DNA of 59,845 nt, the filler included, from Sphacelaria rigidula (Eukaryota): the NCBI GenBank assembly GCA_964200075.2. It is 5 parts of 5 records of this genome, joined end to end, with 100 filler letters (N's around TTAATTAATTAA, not from the genome) between each part and the next. Parts side by side here need not be neighbours in the genome. Positions count along the whole stretch, not along the records: positions 23,981 to 35,869 come from CAXNAA020004372.1; positions 35,970 to 47,857 come from CAXNAA020004373.1; 3 more parts are not named here. One strand, written 5' to 3'. Shown in pieces: positions 23,981-36,021 of the stretch. Below the pieces are notes generated by a model, which was given only the letters and a program-made list of their open reading frames with translations, ran no database searches and was not told the DNA's origin. Positions within the stretch are counted from its first letter, which is position 1. Each line of letters starts with the position of its first letter. Position numbers and translations under genes: made by a program.

Positions 23981-24765
23981 CGTGGCGAAGTGCCAGCTCA
24001 TGGACTAGATCCCTACTCAAGCTACGGCACTTACAAATACTGGCAGCACACAGTCATATCTTACGAGCTTACGTGGTTAGACCTCCAGGATACAAGATTC
24101 AATGATTTACTTGAAACGGTACTTCTACCCGTAACGATCTGATCTACTCGAAACGTGATTAGTTACGCCGCTAATTTGCTATCAGAGTAAAGACTCACAA
24201 AATGCAAGCAGCTAGGCTGTGCTGCATATTTCCAACAAAGTTGCCATTCCTCCATTAGTCTGTACTGGTTGTGTGGAATCCAACCCCCCAAAAGCAAGAA
24301 ACACGAGTTGTCTCGGCTAGGAAATCATTTTGTCGAGTTGGTAGGTTGAAACAGAACGACCTTAGCCTTCCTGTCGACCCATGATTGTTGTGCGGTGTAA
24401 CTCGTTTGCGGCGGATTTCGTACCGGTTCGTGTTTCCAAATGTTTTTGAGAATTGAGAACCCGAGCTGCTCCATCCTTGGTCTTCATGTTTACGTGGGTG
24501 GCAATTAGCTGGTTGGAAGCACATACGCTTCACACGTGGTGATAGCTTCAAACCTTTTAATGGAAAATCCTTGAGCGGCAGGGAAGTCTGATTGTGGTGT
24601 AATCTCCACATACGCTCTGTGTCGCGCTATACTGCGTGCTGTCTGTTTTGTGGCAACACACTTCTAGTACAAACTGGAGGCCGCTGACACCGGCTAGGGC
24701 GTGCATTTCCGGCTGCATGCATCACAACAGTCTAGGAGATTGGTGTTGTAGAACCACAATAACCG

Positions 24766-27700
24766 ATGACATTGCATGTACATTCCACAATAAGACACAT
24801 AAGAGCTGGTGGTGCAGTAGTGGCAAGACAAAGCCTGATCCCAGCAATCATAATAGCACTATGGCTTGCGGTGTTACCACACGGAACGGGTTTTTATTAC
24901 GGAGAGAGATCGCGGTTGGCGATGATGAACGAGATATATTCATCCACTGCAACAGAGGATTTTGACGGATACAGCGCTGCATTCGATGATGCTATTGCAT
25001 GGCACGGTGAACGCCTGCATCGAAGCGGGAGCTCGGGAGCTCACGTTGCATGTGCCGAATACGGCGACGGCCTACAGGCACGCTTGAGTCTTGAGGATTT
25101 TCTTCCTCCAGCATCCACCCGTTTACTTTCGAATCACAAGGAACACGGTGCGTGCTTCATTGTAACGGCCTCCTCGACCCAGGCAACAATATTGGGAGAG
25201 CATCCCCCGGCGTACGCACTGAGCCTATTCTTCCCACTTCCGTCTGTTCTGAAGCTCGCACCTGGACTCCTAGATCATGACCCCAGCAATGCCGGAGAAT
25301 CGGGGCGACTGCGAACGACGTACGGAAACAGGGTCAAGGTGACCAACAACGTTCAAGGTCTAAGCTTGTCGCTCTCTCCTGGGGTACTAGCGGCCGATCG
25401 TGTGAGCAAGGAAGATTTCAGGACTACGTTGCGGCGGAGCTTGATGTCGAGCTCGGTTGACCTGCACGCCGCCAACTTCTGGTCAGACCCTACCATGCTG
25501 AGTATACACAAGACTAGGCCGGAGGGGGCGTTGAGGGCCGACGAATGGACGAGGGCGGCGGATGTTGTGCACCGGCTCAGCTTCACAGAGGGCCGCAGTC
25601 CTGGCGAAATATGCTCTTGGCATAGTCTCGCTTTTCATCATAACAGCGACGATCACTTCATGCTTACAGGTAACGAGCGCCGTCAGTCCCCCACCTACAC
25701 TGAGTGCAGAACATCTAGCATTTAAATTTTGCTAATAAATCTTCGAACATTTCATCTCATGTTTGTCCATCACTTTTTACCTCGGTGGAAGGTTTGGATC
25801 ATCTGCTGCCGGAAGAAAAGGGCGCCGAGGGTTCAGAGGCGGAGGAGGCCGAGGAACTCAAGAATGCCTGCTTCATGGGCCTGGTCTCCTGCCTGGCCTC
25901 CATCCCCGAGGTGATGCGCGTGTCACCTCTACATCGACCGAAGATTCTTAACGCGGTGGCAGCGTCGCTAATTCAAGCCGGTACTATCGACACGACTCAG
26001 AAACCTCTGACGGCTGCAGGTTTGGATGGCACAGGCGAAGTTATCCAGGTAAGAAAGAGCGCAACTTGATGTCTGCTGATGCTGATTGTTGCCTTATTTT
26101 TCATGTGCGTACTTGTCTCATGCTTCATCAAAGAAACAAACTCTGACACTACCGTGGGCGTCAGGGGGCCGACGATATGTAGCAGCCCACCAAGGCCTTT
26201 TTATTCAAGTTTGCATTGCAGTCCCATGAGTTTCTGTGCAAGAGTCAAAGCTACAGCGAGCGTCGACGGTAGTCGGTACATGAATGTATTCCTAGCGAGC
26301 GGGTAGGAGAGCTCAAATATCTGTCAGTCTTATAAATGATTCGTGGTCTCATCCAGACGCGACCATGTGCGTTTTTCTATGTCGTGCGTGTCGTGCCCAC
26401 CGTTCCGTCGTTTCAAGATCATTGATACAGGTACGCGAATTGACGGTCACCGAAGCCCACAACAAGCTGTCTCGCCCCCTTGGAACAAATGTGGTGCTCC
26501 CGTGTATGCGGGTCCATAGAGAGGTGGCATAATGTCCATACCGTGGCTGGTACCCCCAAATTACAGCTCTAATGGGGCGAGCGCAGTGGTTGTGTTTCGG
26601 TTCAGTAACGCTAACCATGCATCGAATGGCATAGCGCACGTCTCCAGGCTACGCAGGGGCTTGAACTCGCAGCATGCATAATGACAGTCTTGAGAATAGT
26701 GCTCAGGTTTGCACCAGTTTCCATCCACCTTCTCTACGAGATTGTCGTGCACTCATGGGTGGGAGTCACCTAACATGTGGACGGATGTAAGGAAGGGCAA
26801 AATTTCACGCAGTTTTCTGATGGGATAACGAGAAAAACTCAAGGACTCTGGTGAGTCTATATTCGTTGGTCGAGTACCGACGTCATCCGTGTCCCTTTGG
26901 AGCGGAAAGACTTCTCAACATGATATTTCGGTCAAGTCGTTTCTGTGAATATTCGAGGAATGGGTTCAGCGAGCGTGACAAGTGCAAACTTTTTAAGTAG
27001 TGGGAATTTCCGTCTATGTGTCGTGAATACGGACGCATCACAGCTAAAGTTCCAGCTGCGCACAACATGTTCTCAAGACTTTTCAAGATATTACATTGCT
27101 CTTTCTTCTACACGTACGCGTTGCAGGACTTGACGAGACTTCCTGTTTTTTTGTGGACGACGACGGGGAGGAGGTGGAGCACGGGTACTACTTCGACGAG
27201 ATTGGCTTTGTTGATGACATGTGGATTTACCTGTCCTTTGACGGTGGTAGCTTTCCCTACGATCTCTCACGACGAAAAGTGAGTTTCAATTCAGCTGTGC
27301 GGGAACAAAGTTGAGGGTCCAAACGTTGGCCAAGAGCAGAGATCAAGCTGATCGATCGATTCATTCGTTGTCTTGTATTGACGAATCCCTGAGGAATCCA
27401 GCCGTGGTCGCGAGATAGACGTACTCAAGGCAAACGCCACGAAAATATGTGCCCATAAAACGACATACTCTAGTCATACGCTGTCTGAGTAGTGTTGAGT
27501 CATATTTTTTACAATCCGGATACCCTCGCGGCGTCTCAACATCACCAGCAGAGATCGACGTATACCCCTGTGATCGGCTGCCACTTGAAGCAGCGACACC
27601 TCTCAGACTCTATGGAACCTTGCACACGTGTATTATTTGTGCACTTCGCCAGAAAGGGGGAAAGAATGAAACACAAACAATAACCAACACCTATGACGCC

Positions 27701-30700
27701 ACATTACGTATTATTTGCTGAATATAATGAAGCTTAACAATTTGGATACGCACTACGTATACGCTCACACAATCGCAGCTCGTACAGTACGTGCGGTTGG
27801 TGCGGCCGCACGACGATGACCAGGACACATCTTTTTACACTCTTGGCGGCGGAGGCCCTCACCCATGGTACAGCTCTTCTTATTCTGGTTTCGGTGGAGA
27901 CGTGGAGGAAGGACACGGCACGCACACGGCTGGGTCTGCTGCTGGAGCCACCCTGAATGACCCCGCCGAGACGGCGGTCTGTAGCAGCACGGACGAGCTT
28001 GGGTGCATCGGAGAATGCTTCAATATTTCCGAGCTAGAGTCCTTCATCGAGGATATATCCTATCCGCTGAATTTTGATACGTGGTGCCCCCAGCACGAGT
28101 GTGATGGTTATGGAGAAGATTACGTTCCGTGCATGGACGAAGGTAACATACCTTGCGCCTTACCCCGTACTGTGCCGTGCATACTGTACGCAGCTACAAG
28201 TTTGAATTGTGCGGTATCACGGTCCTGTGCTCTTTCCCTGCAGACATAGAAGACGGATGCATGCATACACACCATCAGCGACACGTATTATTTGATGAGC
28301 GGGGAACTCTGATTGAATTTGCTGATGATTGAGTGACTGTCAGACACTACTTCAACTGATCCGCTACGATCCCGCCGTGGTGGTCACAAGATAGGCGTAC
28401 CCGACGTAAACAATTGCGAAAAATCGTTCAAGTAGACTCGAAGAAAGAGGAGAAATGAAAAGGATGCAGAGAGCAAACAGGGTGAACTGCAATCAGAAAA
28501 CCAGCTCCTGTCATTCCAGGTAGATAGTGCTTGCAGGTTCATCGGCAGTTTTAGTTTTATGCACCTAACATGTCCGTTTCATATAATTATGTATATACAT
28601 ATGTGCCATGTAATTTTTAAGATGTCGCGACGACATTGACTGACAACGGGGGAGTGGCCCAGGGCGCGAAGCTGACCATCTTCGATGTCTCGTCCGATGG
28701 TAGTAGCGTTTGGCCAACGCTGGCTGGGAATGGCGTGTGGACGTCGACAGAAGGGACGGGATCCGTGCTGCACTCGAACTCGTGGGGAGGCGATACGTAC
28801 TGCACGGTGGCTTCTGACTGCATAATTTACGACGAGTACATGTACGAGGCAAGTCCGCTGAGTCTGAAACACTAATATTCCTCTATGTGTGCTGATCATG
28901 TTGCCCGATAATAACTGCTGTTACGTACTGCATGCCCTTTGGACTTTGCGCTGTCCAGGCTTGTCCTCAGCTGCAGATTGAGGGTTAGGCTGTGCCTTGC
29001 TGTGTATATTGGCCCTATCTAGCTTCTTCAAGATCGCTCAAATGAATCACACTTCGTGAATTCCACCAAACCGCAAGACGGCATGAATACCATAAGGGTG
29101 ATGCTAATGTTGCAGTTAGGTTCTGAACAGTGCTATAGACTACGTGAAGGATATAACAGCTAGAAAAAACTGAACACAAACATACACGGCAAAAAAGAGC
29201 TTGCATGTGGAAAAACTGCGCTTCTCTCTCGGTGTGGCATCAAGCTGTTAGATTCAGTATGCACCACACGCGCTTACTTGCTGACGACTGAACACACAAG
29301 GGACGAACCTCACACCAACTCTTACTGTAGTCGATCTGTATCTCCTGCCGCCGCGAATTACACGATTTGCTTCCATATCCGAATGCGTGGACCCAGAACC
29401 CGGAGCACCTTCTGCTCTTCGCCGCCGGTAACGATGGCGATCTCAAGAACGACGAAACACGTGACGGCGTGTGTGCTGTGACATACCCAGGCATTGGGAA
29501 GAACGTCTTGACCGTCGGAGGTACGCTCGCCCCATGTCAATTATCATACCGGAGTGCCCTACACATTGATGGGGATGTGGCGCCTGTAATAGTTTGCGTA
29601 CCAGTAGGCCAGGGTGCATTTTTTTCAACGTGGGGGTAGCGACCTCCTCGGTTTATCTCGTTCAGCACGATGATCGAGTAGTGATAAGAAAGTATAGAGA
29701 AGTGCGGGTGTTCACCCTGTCTTTGGTTCGTGTGTCAGGCCCATCGTGTGTGCTGTGTTTACTACAAATCCTTCATTCCAAAGCGACAAAGATATGTCGA
29801 GAATACCCTGGCTTTTCTTACGCAAGTTTAAAAGAGTAAAAAACAAAAGGACACATTTCCGTGGTTCATCATTTCCGCTCCAAACGTGGCTGCTGGTGGC
29901 GACTCAACCCATACACCATTCAAATCTAAGCAAACCGTACCCCTCTCCAAACCCCACCATCGCACTGAGAATCTTGTTCAGCATCGTCTTCTGGCATCAC
30001 GCGGCTTACCGTAACCAACATGGACGGGGAAAGTGTGTCCTCGGGTATCAGCAGCGGGGTCGCCGACCATGACACTGTTTCATACTTCAGCTCGTATGGC
30101 TTCACTAGGGACGATCGCATCAAGCCAGAGGTTGTGGCTCCCGGTGACCAGGTACGTGTCTGTCGTGCCTTTTGGTCGTTTCACCCTCTCCACTCGAATA
30201 GCATGAGAAGCCTACTCAAAATTTGAGTAGAGCACTTGAGACCGTACTCGACCCACTCAAAATTCGAGTAGAGTATTTGAGACCGTACTCGATCTACCCA
30301 AACGTCGAGTAAAGCGAATACTTGAGTATTTTAGTCGAGTACTCAAAAGTACATACTCTACACGACCTACCCTCGGTAGATTCCATCATTCATACGACTC
30401 CTGGCTTTCCTTTTGTTTGGGTGCAACCGAGAAACTCTGGTGCATCATGCATCGTACACCGGTAGTGGAGAACGCTGCATCGTTCCCTCGCGGACGTGCG
30501 CAGCACGTGTTGGCAAATATCTTCCTGGTTCGTTGAAAGTTTCCTCTCGTAGGTGATGTAGCATATCATGCAGTTCCTTACCGAGAAGTGGAGTAATGAA
30601 AACGATTTTACCCCATGAGACCTGTTCACGCGTTGCCAGCGTTGCGTTCAGCCTATAGTTTGGTGGTCGCTGATTGCCACCCCGTTATGATCCTGGCAGG

Positions 30701-33700
30701 TCCTGTCTGCTTCAAGCGACGGTACTGATGACCACAGCTGCAAGCTTGTTGCGTCGACCGGGACTTCCATGTCCACGCCGATCGTGGCTGGTGCAGCAGC
30801 CATGGTGAGATATGCATCCCCTTCGATGTTCGTCTTGCTCGTTGGTTGTCGAGTGACAGTCTACACTTATTTACGAAAGCCGAAAAAACAGGCTAGCCAC
30901 CCTCTGAGATGAGAGGAACATGAATGCTAGATGGCGAGTAAGCATCGTCTGTCCAGCATCACACCTGCTGATTACGTGAGTGCGAACAGCCATCCTCTCC
31001 TGTGGCATTCGTGAGGGTCAAAAAGTATTGCCGCCCTCTCATGGGTAAAAGTCTTCATGGGAGGGCATGGGGTGTCATCAAAAGGAACAACGGGCCTATC
31101 CTTGACATGAGCCCACCGCTATCCGTAGCCTGTTTACTGATTGAAGGTGTTGTGCCGGCGATTGTCAGGAGTGACCCGCCGCGTGCTTATTGTCGCACAG
31201 CAATAGACCGAAACTAAGGAGACGACCAAAATCCCGCGTCATCATAACCGGTGTCTACGTATATTAACCGTTGGGGTACATATTGAGATACGGTGAAAGG
31301 TGACATTTCGTGCAGTGTGGAATTTTGAAGATGGACATGCTTGGCGCGGCACGGTGACGTAACCTTCCCGCTCCCTGCTCCCACCACAGCCGCACACATG
31401 ACGATGGAGGGGATGGAGGGGTGGGCACACTCCTTTGCTGCTTGCCTTCGTCGTCTGACCATTGACCACACATCCATATAGTGACGGAGCACGGTCCCTA
31501 CTCCTGATGGAGACACCTCCAACGTTTGGGCGCCCATGACGTTTCTTCCGTACTTTACACAAAAACATTCCACAAACCTTATTCCCTTCCTGTTTTGCCG
31601 TCTATGACCACCATCTATCTCCTAGTATAGCCATCATTTTTACACACATGACGGGAGAGATTAAGGACAATGTGTGACAAACGCGGAAAACAGGGAAACG
31701 AAGTATATACAGAGGTAGTCAGTGAAGCTACAATATCATTGACGTACCGTACCAGTGTGTACAGCAAATTTTATGGTCACGGAAAGTGTCAACCAAGACC
31801 ATCAACAGTCTTGTCAATTCATTCCGTGGTATGATACTGTACTATGAAGGTGGCTGATCGAAGTAGTTTACATGGGCACACATAGCTCCCGACAACATAC
31901 TCCGCAAAGTATATTTTGCTATATCGTAGACACTATATATAAAGATCAATCGATGATCCACTCACGGTGCTCTGTGTTAAAACGTCCAGTGAGTGTAACA
32001 CAATACACCCTGCGGTGTGCCATAAATTGTACACTAGATATATATTTTCCCACCGCATGGGTCTCAGCCTAAGGTAGTCAAGGAGGACAAGGGGGCTTGA
32101 AGGATACAACGTCGGGTGACCTTGGAAGCGAAGTGAGCGCGTGGTCAGGGGAGACGGGCGTGGGCTTATCGACCAGGGAAGATCAGCCAAATAAGATGTC
32201 CCGAGTTGTTTTTTGCCCAATCAGAAAACTGCGCGCCACTTTACTCTCTGTCTGTAGTGGGCAGCTAAGGCTACACCAGTGGGGTGTTGCACTATCGTAG
32301 GCGGCTCAACCTTTCATCAATATTATCATTTATGCTCGCTACATTGACTTTCACCGTTCCTCTGTACTGCGATGCACTAAGCGGCTGTGATTTGAATCTC
32401 TAGTATGGTGCTGTGGTCGCCGCCCACGTCGTGGATATTCTTCTACTACACGACCGTGATGTACCCACCTAGCTTACAAGTAATGTACTGGATTGAAAAC
32501 TTGATAAAATCCCTCACGATATTTTTGTCCGAGTTAACTTCGAGGCACTCTCGTGGCGTTGCATCTTGGTCCTATCCCCGTATGGTAATATACATACACG
32601 ATACATAAGTGAGCAGAAATCCTCCGTAAAACCAGATAATACTTGCAGGCTTCCTGACAACTCCGTCATTGTAGGACCAGACGGTTGTCGACTGGAAGTA
32701 CTTAATGTTTCTTAGATATGCTCATACCGTCCGCTCGTTATATTTCTTTGTTACGTCCGGCACCCAAAAGAGTCGACACAGTGATCCTTACGGCGTTACA
32801 GAGCGAAGGTTCCTCCGTGCTTTGAACGCACTCTTGTCTCACAGGTCGTATGAGGCCGTGACCGCGTCGGAAACGCATTGCGATGGGTGCACAGTAGAAA
32901 GATATCCGACGGAATCGATGTACCGCGTCGGATGAAGGTTCGTCACTGGGTAGAACCCACCCCACCTTCAGGTCATGCACTTACTTACCATCGCGTTTTT
33001 TTGCCCTTGTATCTCGTTTCGGCTTAAGTGTTGTCCGTTTCCATGTACCCCTAAATCGAACGTGCTGCCGGCGAACAGATAAGGCAGTACTTCAAGGAGG
33101 ATGCCTTCTATGCAACGGATGTGAACGCAAGGGGGCTTTGCTCGAACGCGTTCTTATGCGATGAATTTACTCCGTACGCAGCTACGGTGAAGGTATAGTG
33201 CACCCATGACCTGCACCAGTAACTAGATATCCGACATTGGACACTTTCTACGATAGACCCCCCCCCCCCAACAGTACTATGGCAGGCATGATCATGAGTA
33301 CACCCCCCCAACAGTACGTGGTTTGGGGAGTCAAAGTTTACACGCGAATCGAAATGAGAATAGCCGAGCACAACGAGTAGCTGGGAATGCCCACACTTGG
33401 GTTCGTTCTCGCCAATGTCGCCCATATGAGGCGCTTCATGCAACCTGAACCCAAACATCAGGCGCTGTATGTCCATTTTTTTCGCGACAGTTTTGGGCTG
33501 GTTTTGGGAGGGGGCTGTCGTAGAAAGTTTCATTGGCGATTTTGTCTTCAGGAGGGGCGTCGGATGACTGCTTCGTGATATAAGTCAGAAGCAACAGTAG
33601 TCCGCATTGTAGTTCGGGTTATGGTTTGGATCATGGCCAAGGACAACGTCAGAGCTACGGGGAAGGCTTCAATCGTTTACTCCAGTGGTATGTCGTTTCG

Positions 33701-34573
33701 CTGGGCGACAGTGTTTGCGGGTTCATCTTGTGTTGTTCACATGAACCTTTCTCGCCACGATGCTTCTCGTTTGAGTGATCTCGTTCCTCCCGGTACCGAT
33801 CATTTCGAAACCCAGATCCAATTTGTATTCTATGGTTACCCCTCCCCCTACTCGCGCCCCTCTCAGCTCAACCAGCACACCTCTGCTTCGTTCCAGTCAT
33901 CCTCAAGCAGGGCGTCATATAAAAAAATCCTCTGTTCATTCTACAGGCGATTCTAATCAATAGCGCACATCTCATGGGTGGAAGCGCAGAGCCCGACGGT
34001 CTTCGTGGATTTGGGCGCGTCCACCTCGAGGCCGGCTTGCCGTTGAGTGGATCAGGGGATACCGCTCTGTTTGTACTGGACGCTGCTGACCGAAGCACCG
34101 GAGAAGACACCGTCACGGAGTTCTACTTCAACTTGAATTCTGCCACCGGCGTGGACATGCGTGCTACACTTGCTTGGATTGATCCTGCCGCCTCAGAGGT
34201 GTCGAGCATTCAGCTGGTCAATGACCTTGACCTGGCTATTGCGTCACCCAGTGGCTCTCGTCACCAGATGTGGAGCACCGGCGCGGACAGTCGAAATGTG
34301 GTGGAGCGCGTGATTGTCTCTGCCGACGATATCGACTCGGACAATGGGGGCGAGTGGATAGTTAGCATTACAGCGCAGAGTCTTGCGACGACGACTCAAT
34401 CGTACTCGCTTGTCGTTACCGGGCCTATGACCGAAGACTCCGGCCGAGAGGGATCCTACGAATACACCGGTGCAGCGCATGTTGCCATTGAGCCCACTCG
34501 GGCCTCTTGTATTTTGACGGCAGCTGCTACCCTGGGTTGGATCTTCGCTTTCGGCGTGTGGGAACCGGGATAG
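24766..34573 (+). CDS. Subtilisin-like serine peptidase (S8, KP-43/TagC-like), ~1018 aa, 11 exons: 24766-25669, 25792-26048, 26418-26430, 27127-27278, 27779-28142, 28622-28848, 29397-29520, 29982-30151, 30700-30804, 33079-33192, 33947-34573
   Basis: Exon lengths sum to 3057 nt in one frame. Catalytic triad: GLDGTGEVIQ-IIDTG-LD (Asp), GHGTHTAGSAAG (His), TGTSMSTPIVAG (Ser). Also HSNSWG, FAAGNDG (oxyanion Asn), KNVLTVG, FSSYG...RIKPEVVAPG, IRQYF, GFGRVHL, and a KP-43-type beta domain (ATLAWIDP...LVNDLDL...NVVERV...QSYSLVVTG). Hydrophobic segments near the N terminus and at the C terminus. The exact start codon is uncertain. Confidence 0.92.
30214..30360. repeat. 41-bp tandem unit rich in TACTC/GAGTA motifs
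   Basis: ACTCAAAATTTGAGTAGAGCACTTGAGACCGTACTCGACCC at 30214 and 30255, followed by further degenerate units. Confidence 0.7.
31418..31636 (-). mobile_element. LINE-like 3' end (type A) copy
   Basis: Reverse-complement homologue of 4120-4340 (ATGGCTATACTAGGAGATAGATGGTGG...GGTCAATGGTC). Confidence 0.6.
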
Positions 34574-35033
34574 TCGTTGTTTCGGTGCGTCGGTTGGGGG
34601 ATAGTCTGGTGGGTTGTGGCTGAGACAAGGCGATTGATACCGATATTTCACAGTCGAAACCATCAGGAGTGCATTTCGTGAGTGGACAGTTCATAGGCCA
34701 CAGTGCACAGGTCAGATGCGTCGATGGGTTGTGAGTCAACTCCTCCCGACTGAGCAGGACCCTTCTCGCCCCACTGCCAAATTTGGTTCGACTATTCTTG
34801 CAGCGCTTTTGAGCTATACAGGCTGGGTCGCCCAAGAAGCCGACTTCCCTTCAGCCGGTTGTAACTGGCGATGCATCGCGAGTTGTGCCCACTGTGACAC
34901 ATTGTGGTGATCTGCACATCAACGCGCGTCCTTCACTCCACGTAGCACTGCGATCCAACAAGTTCCCATCAAATACCAAACTGCATTCAGCTGCGAAGTG
35001 TAGAGAGTTGAGGGTGACATGTGCGGCGAAATT

Positions 35034-35225
35034 AGGGGTGTACTCATGATCATGCATGTCATAGTCATAAGACCATTGACCACGCATCCCTACGAAGCCG
35101 GGACGGAGCTTGGTTTCGCCGGACCTGGCTTGCACTCGAACCACCAAACGCGAAGCGCCGTGGTGTGTTCGGTCAGTCGCATGAAGGGTGAGCTGCATCC
35201 TGCTAAGAGTGTTCGGCCCGAAGCC
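35034..35225 (-). repeat. Retroelement 3' end (type B) copy
   Basis: Reverse homologue of 1610-1790 and 3320-3450. Confidence 0.6.
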
Positions 35226-35869
35226 TACTGATAATCTTGNNNNNNNNNNAATCTTGCATTTGGATGACAGTCAACAATGAGTTCCTTTATTTCGTGGTAT
35301 CGCCACTTCCAAAATTAGGCAAAACTAGGGGGGGAAACGGCTGAAATCGTATTTTCGGTTCCAGTTGGTTGTGCCGCGGCCGCAAAGTGGTGGTGCTGCA
35401 CAAGTTGTGGTTGTACAACAATGAATGCCGTACTGTAGGCGCGCAGTATCAGAACTGGCACACCGACGAGGCCTCCGGCGCGCCAAGGCGTCTGATAGTA
35501 GTGTGCGAACCGGTGAGCAGTGGGTGAAAAAGCTTGTAGAGAATATCAACGTTCCAGCTGACGTTGTTGTGCTCTAGAAGCAAGCCAACCGGTTCTCGAC
35601 AGAAAAGCGCGTTTGCGCTGCTCAATTTTCAGCCGTTTCCTCTGAAATTTCGACACGATGTAAACAAGGTATGTATCAAGCCCCTACTGTTTTCCCTTTA
35701 CTTTTTGTGTCTCTTTCTCGTGAGTTATCGCTAATCTGATTTTCGGAACAGTTTTTCGGGAGAAAATCCTCGAAAATCCATTGAAAAAATAGAGTGAAGG
35801 GGGGGGTGTACTCATGATCATGAATGCCATCGTCATAGGACCATTTACCTCGCATCCCTACAAAGCCGG

Positions 35870-35969
35870 NNNNNNNNNNNNNNNNNNNNNNNNNNNNNNN
35901 NNNNNNNNNNNNNTTAATTAATTAANNNNNNNNNNNNNNNNNNNNNNNNNNNNNNNNNNNNNNNNNNNN
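35870..35969. other. Artificial 100-bp contig spacer
   Basis: N-TTAATTAATTAA-N. Confidence 0.97.
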
Positions 35970-36021
35970 CCCCCCCGCGCCCTCGCATGCGCCAGGCCAC
36001 GAGGCACCCATACAGCTACCC

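Noticed and set aside
35240-35249. Duplication of AATCTTG around 10 Ns as a TSD
   Set aside because: Typical overlap at an intra-scaffold gap.
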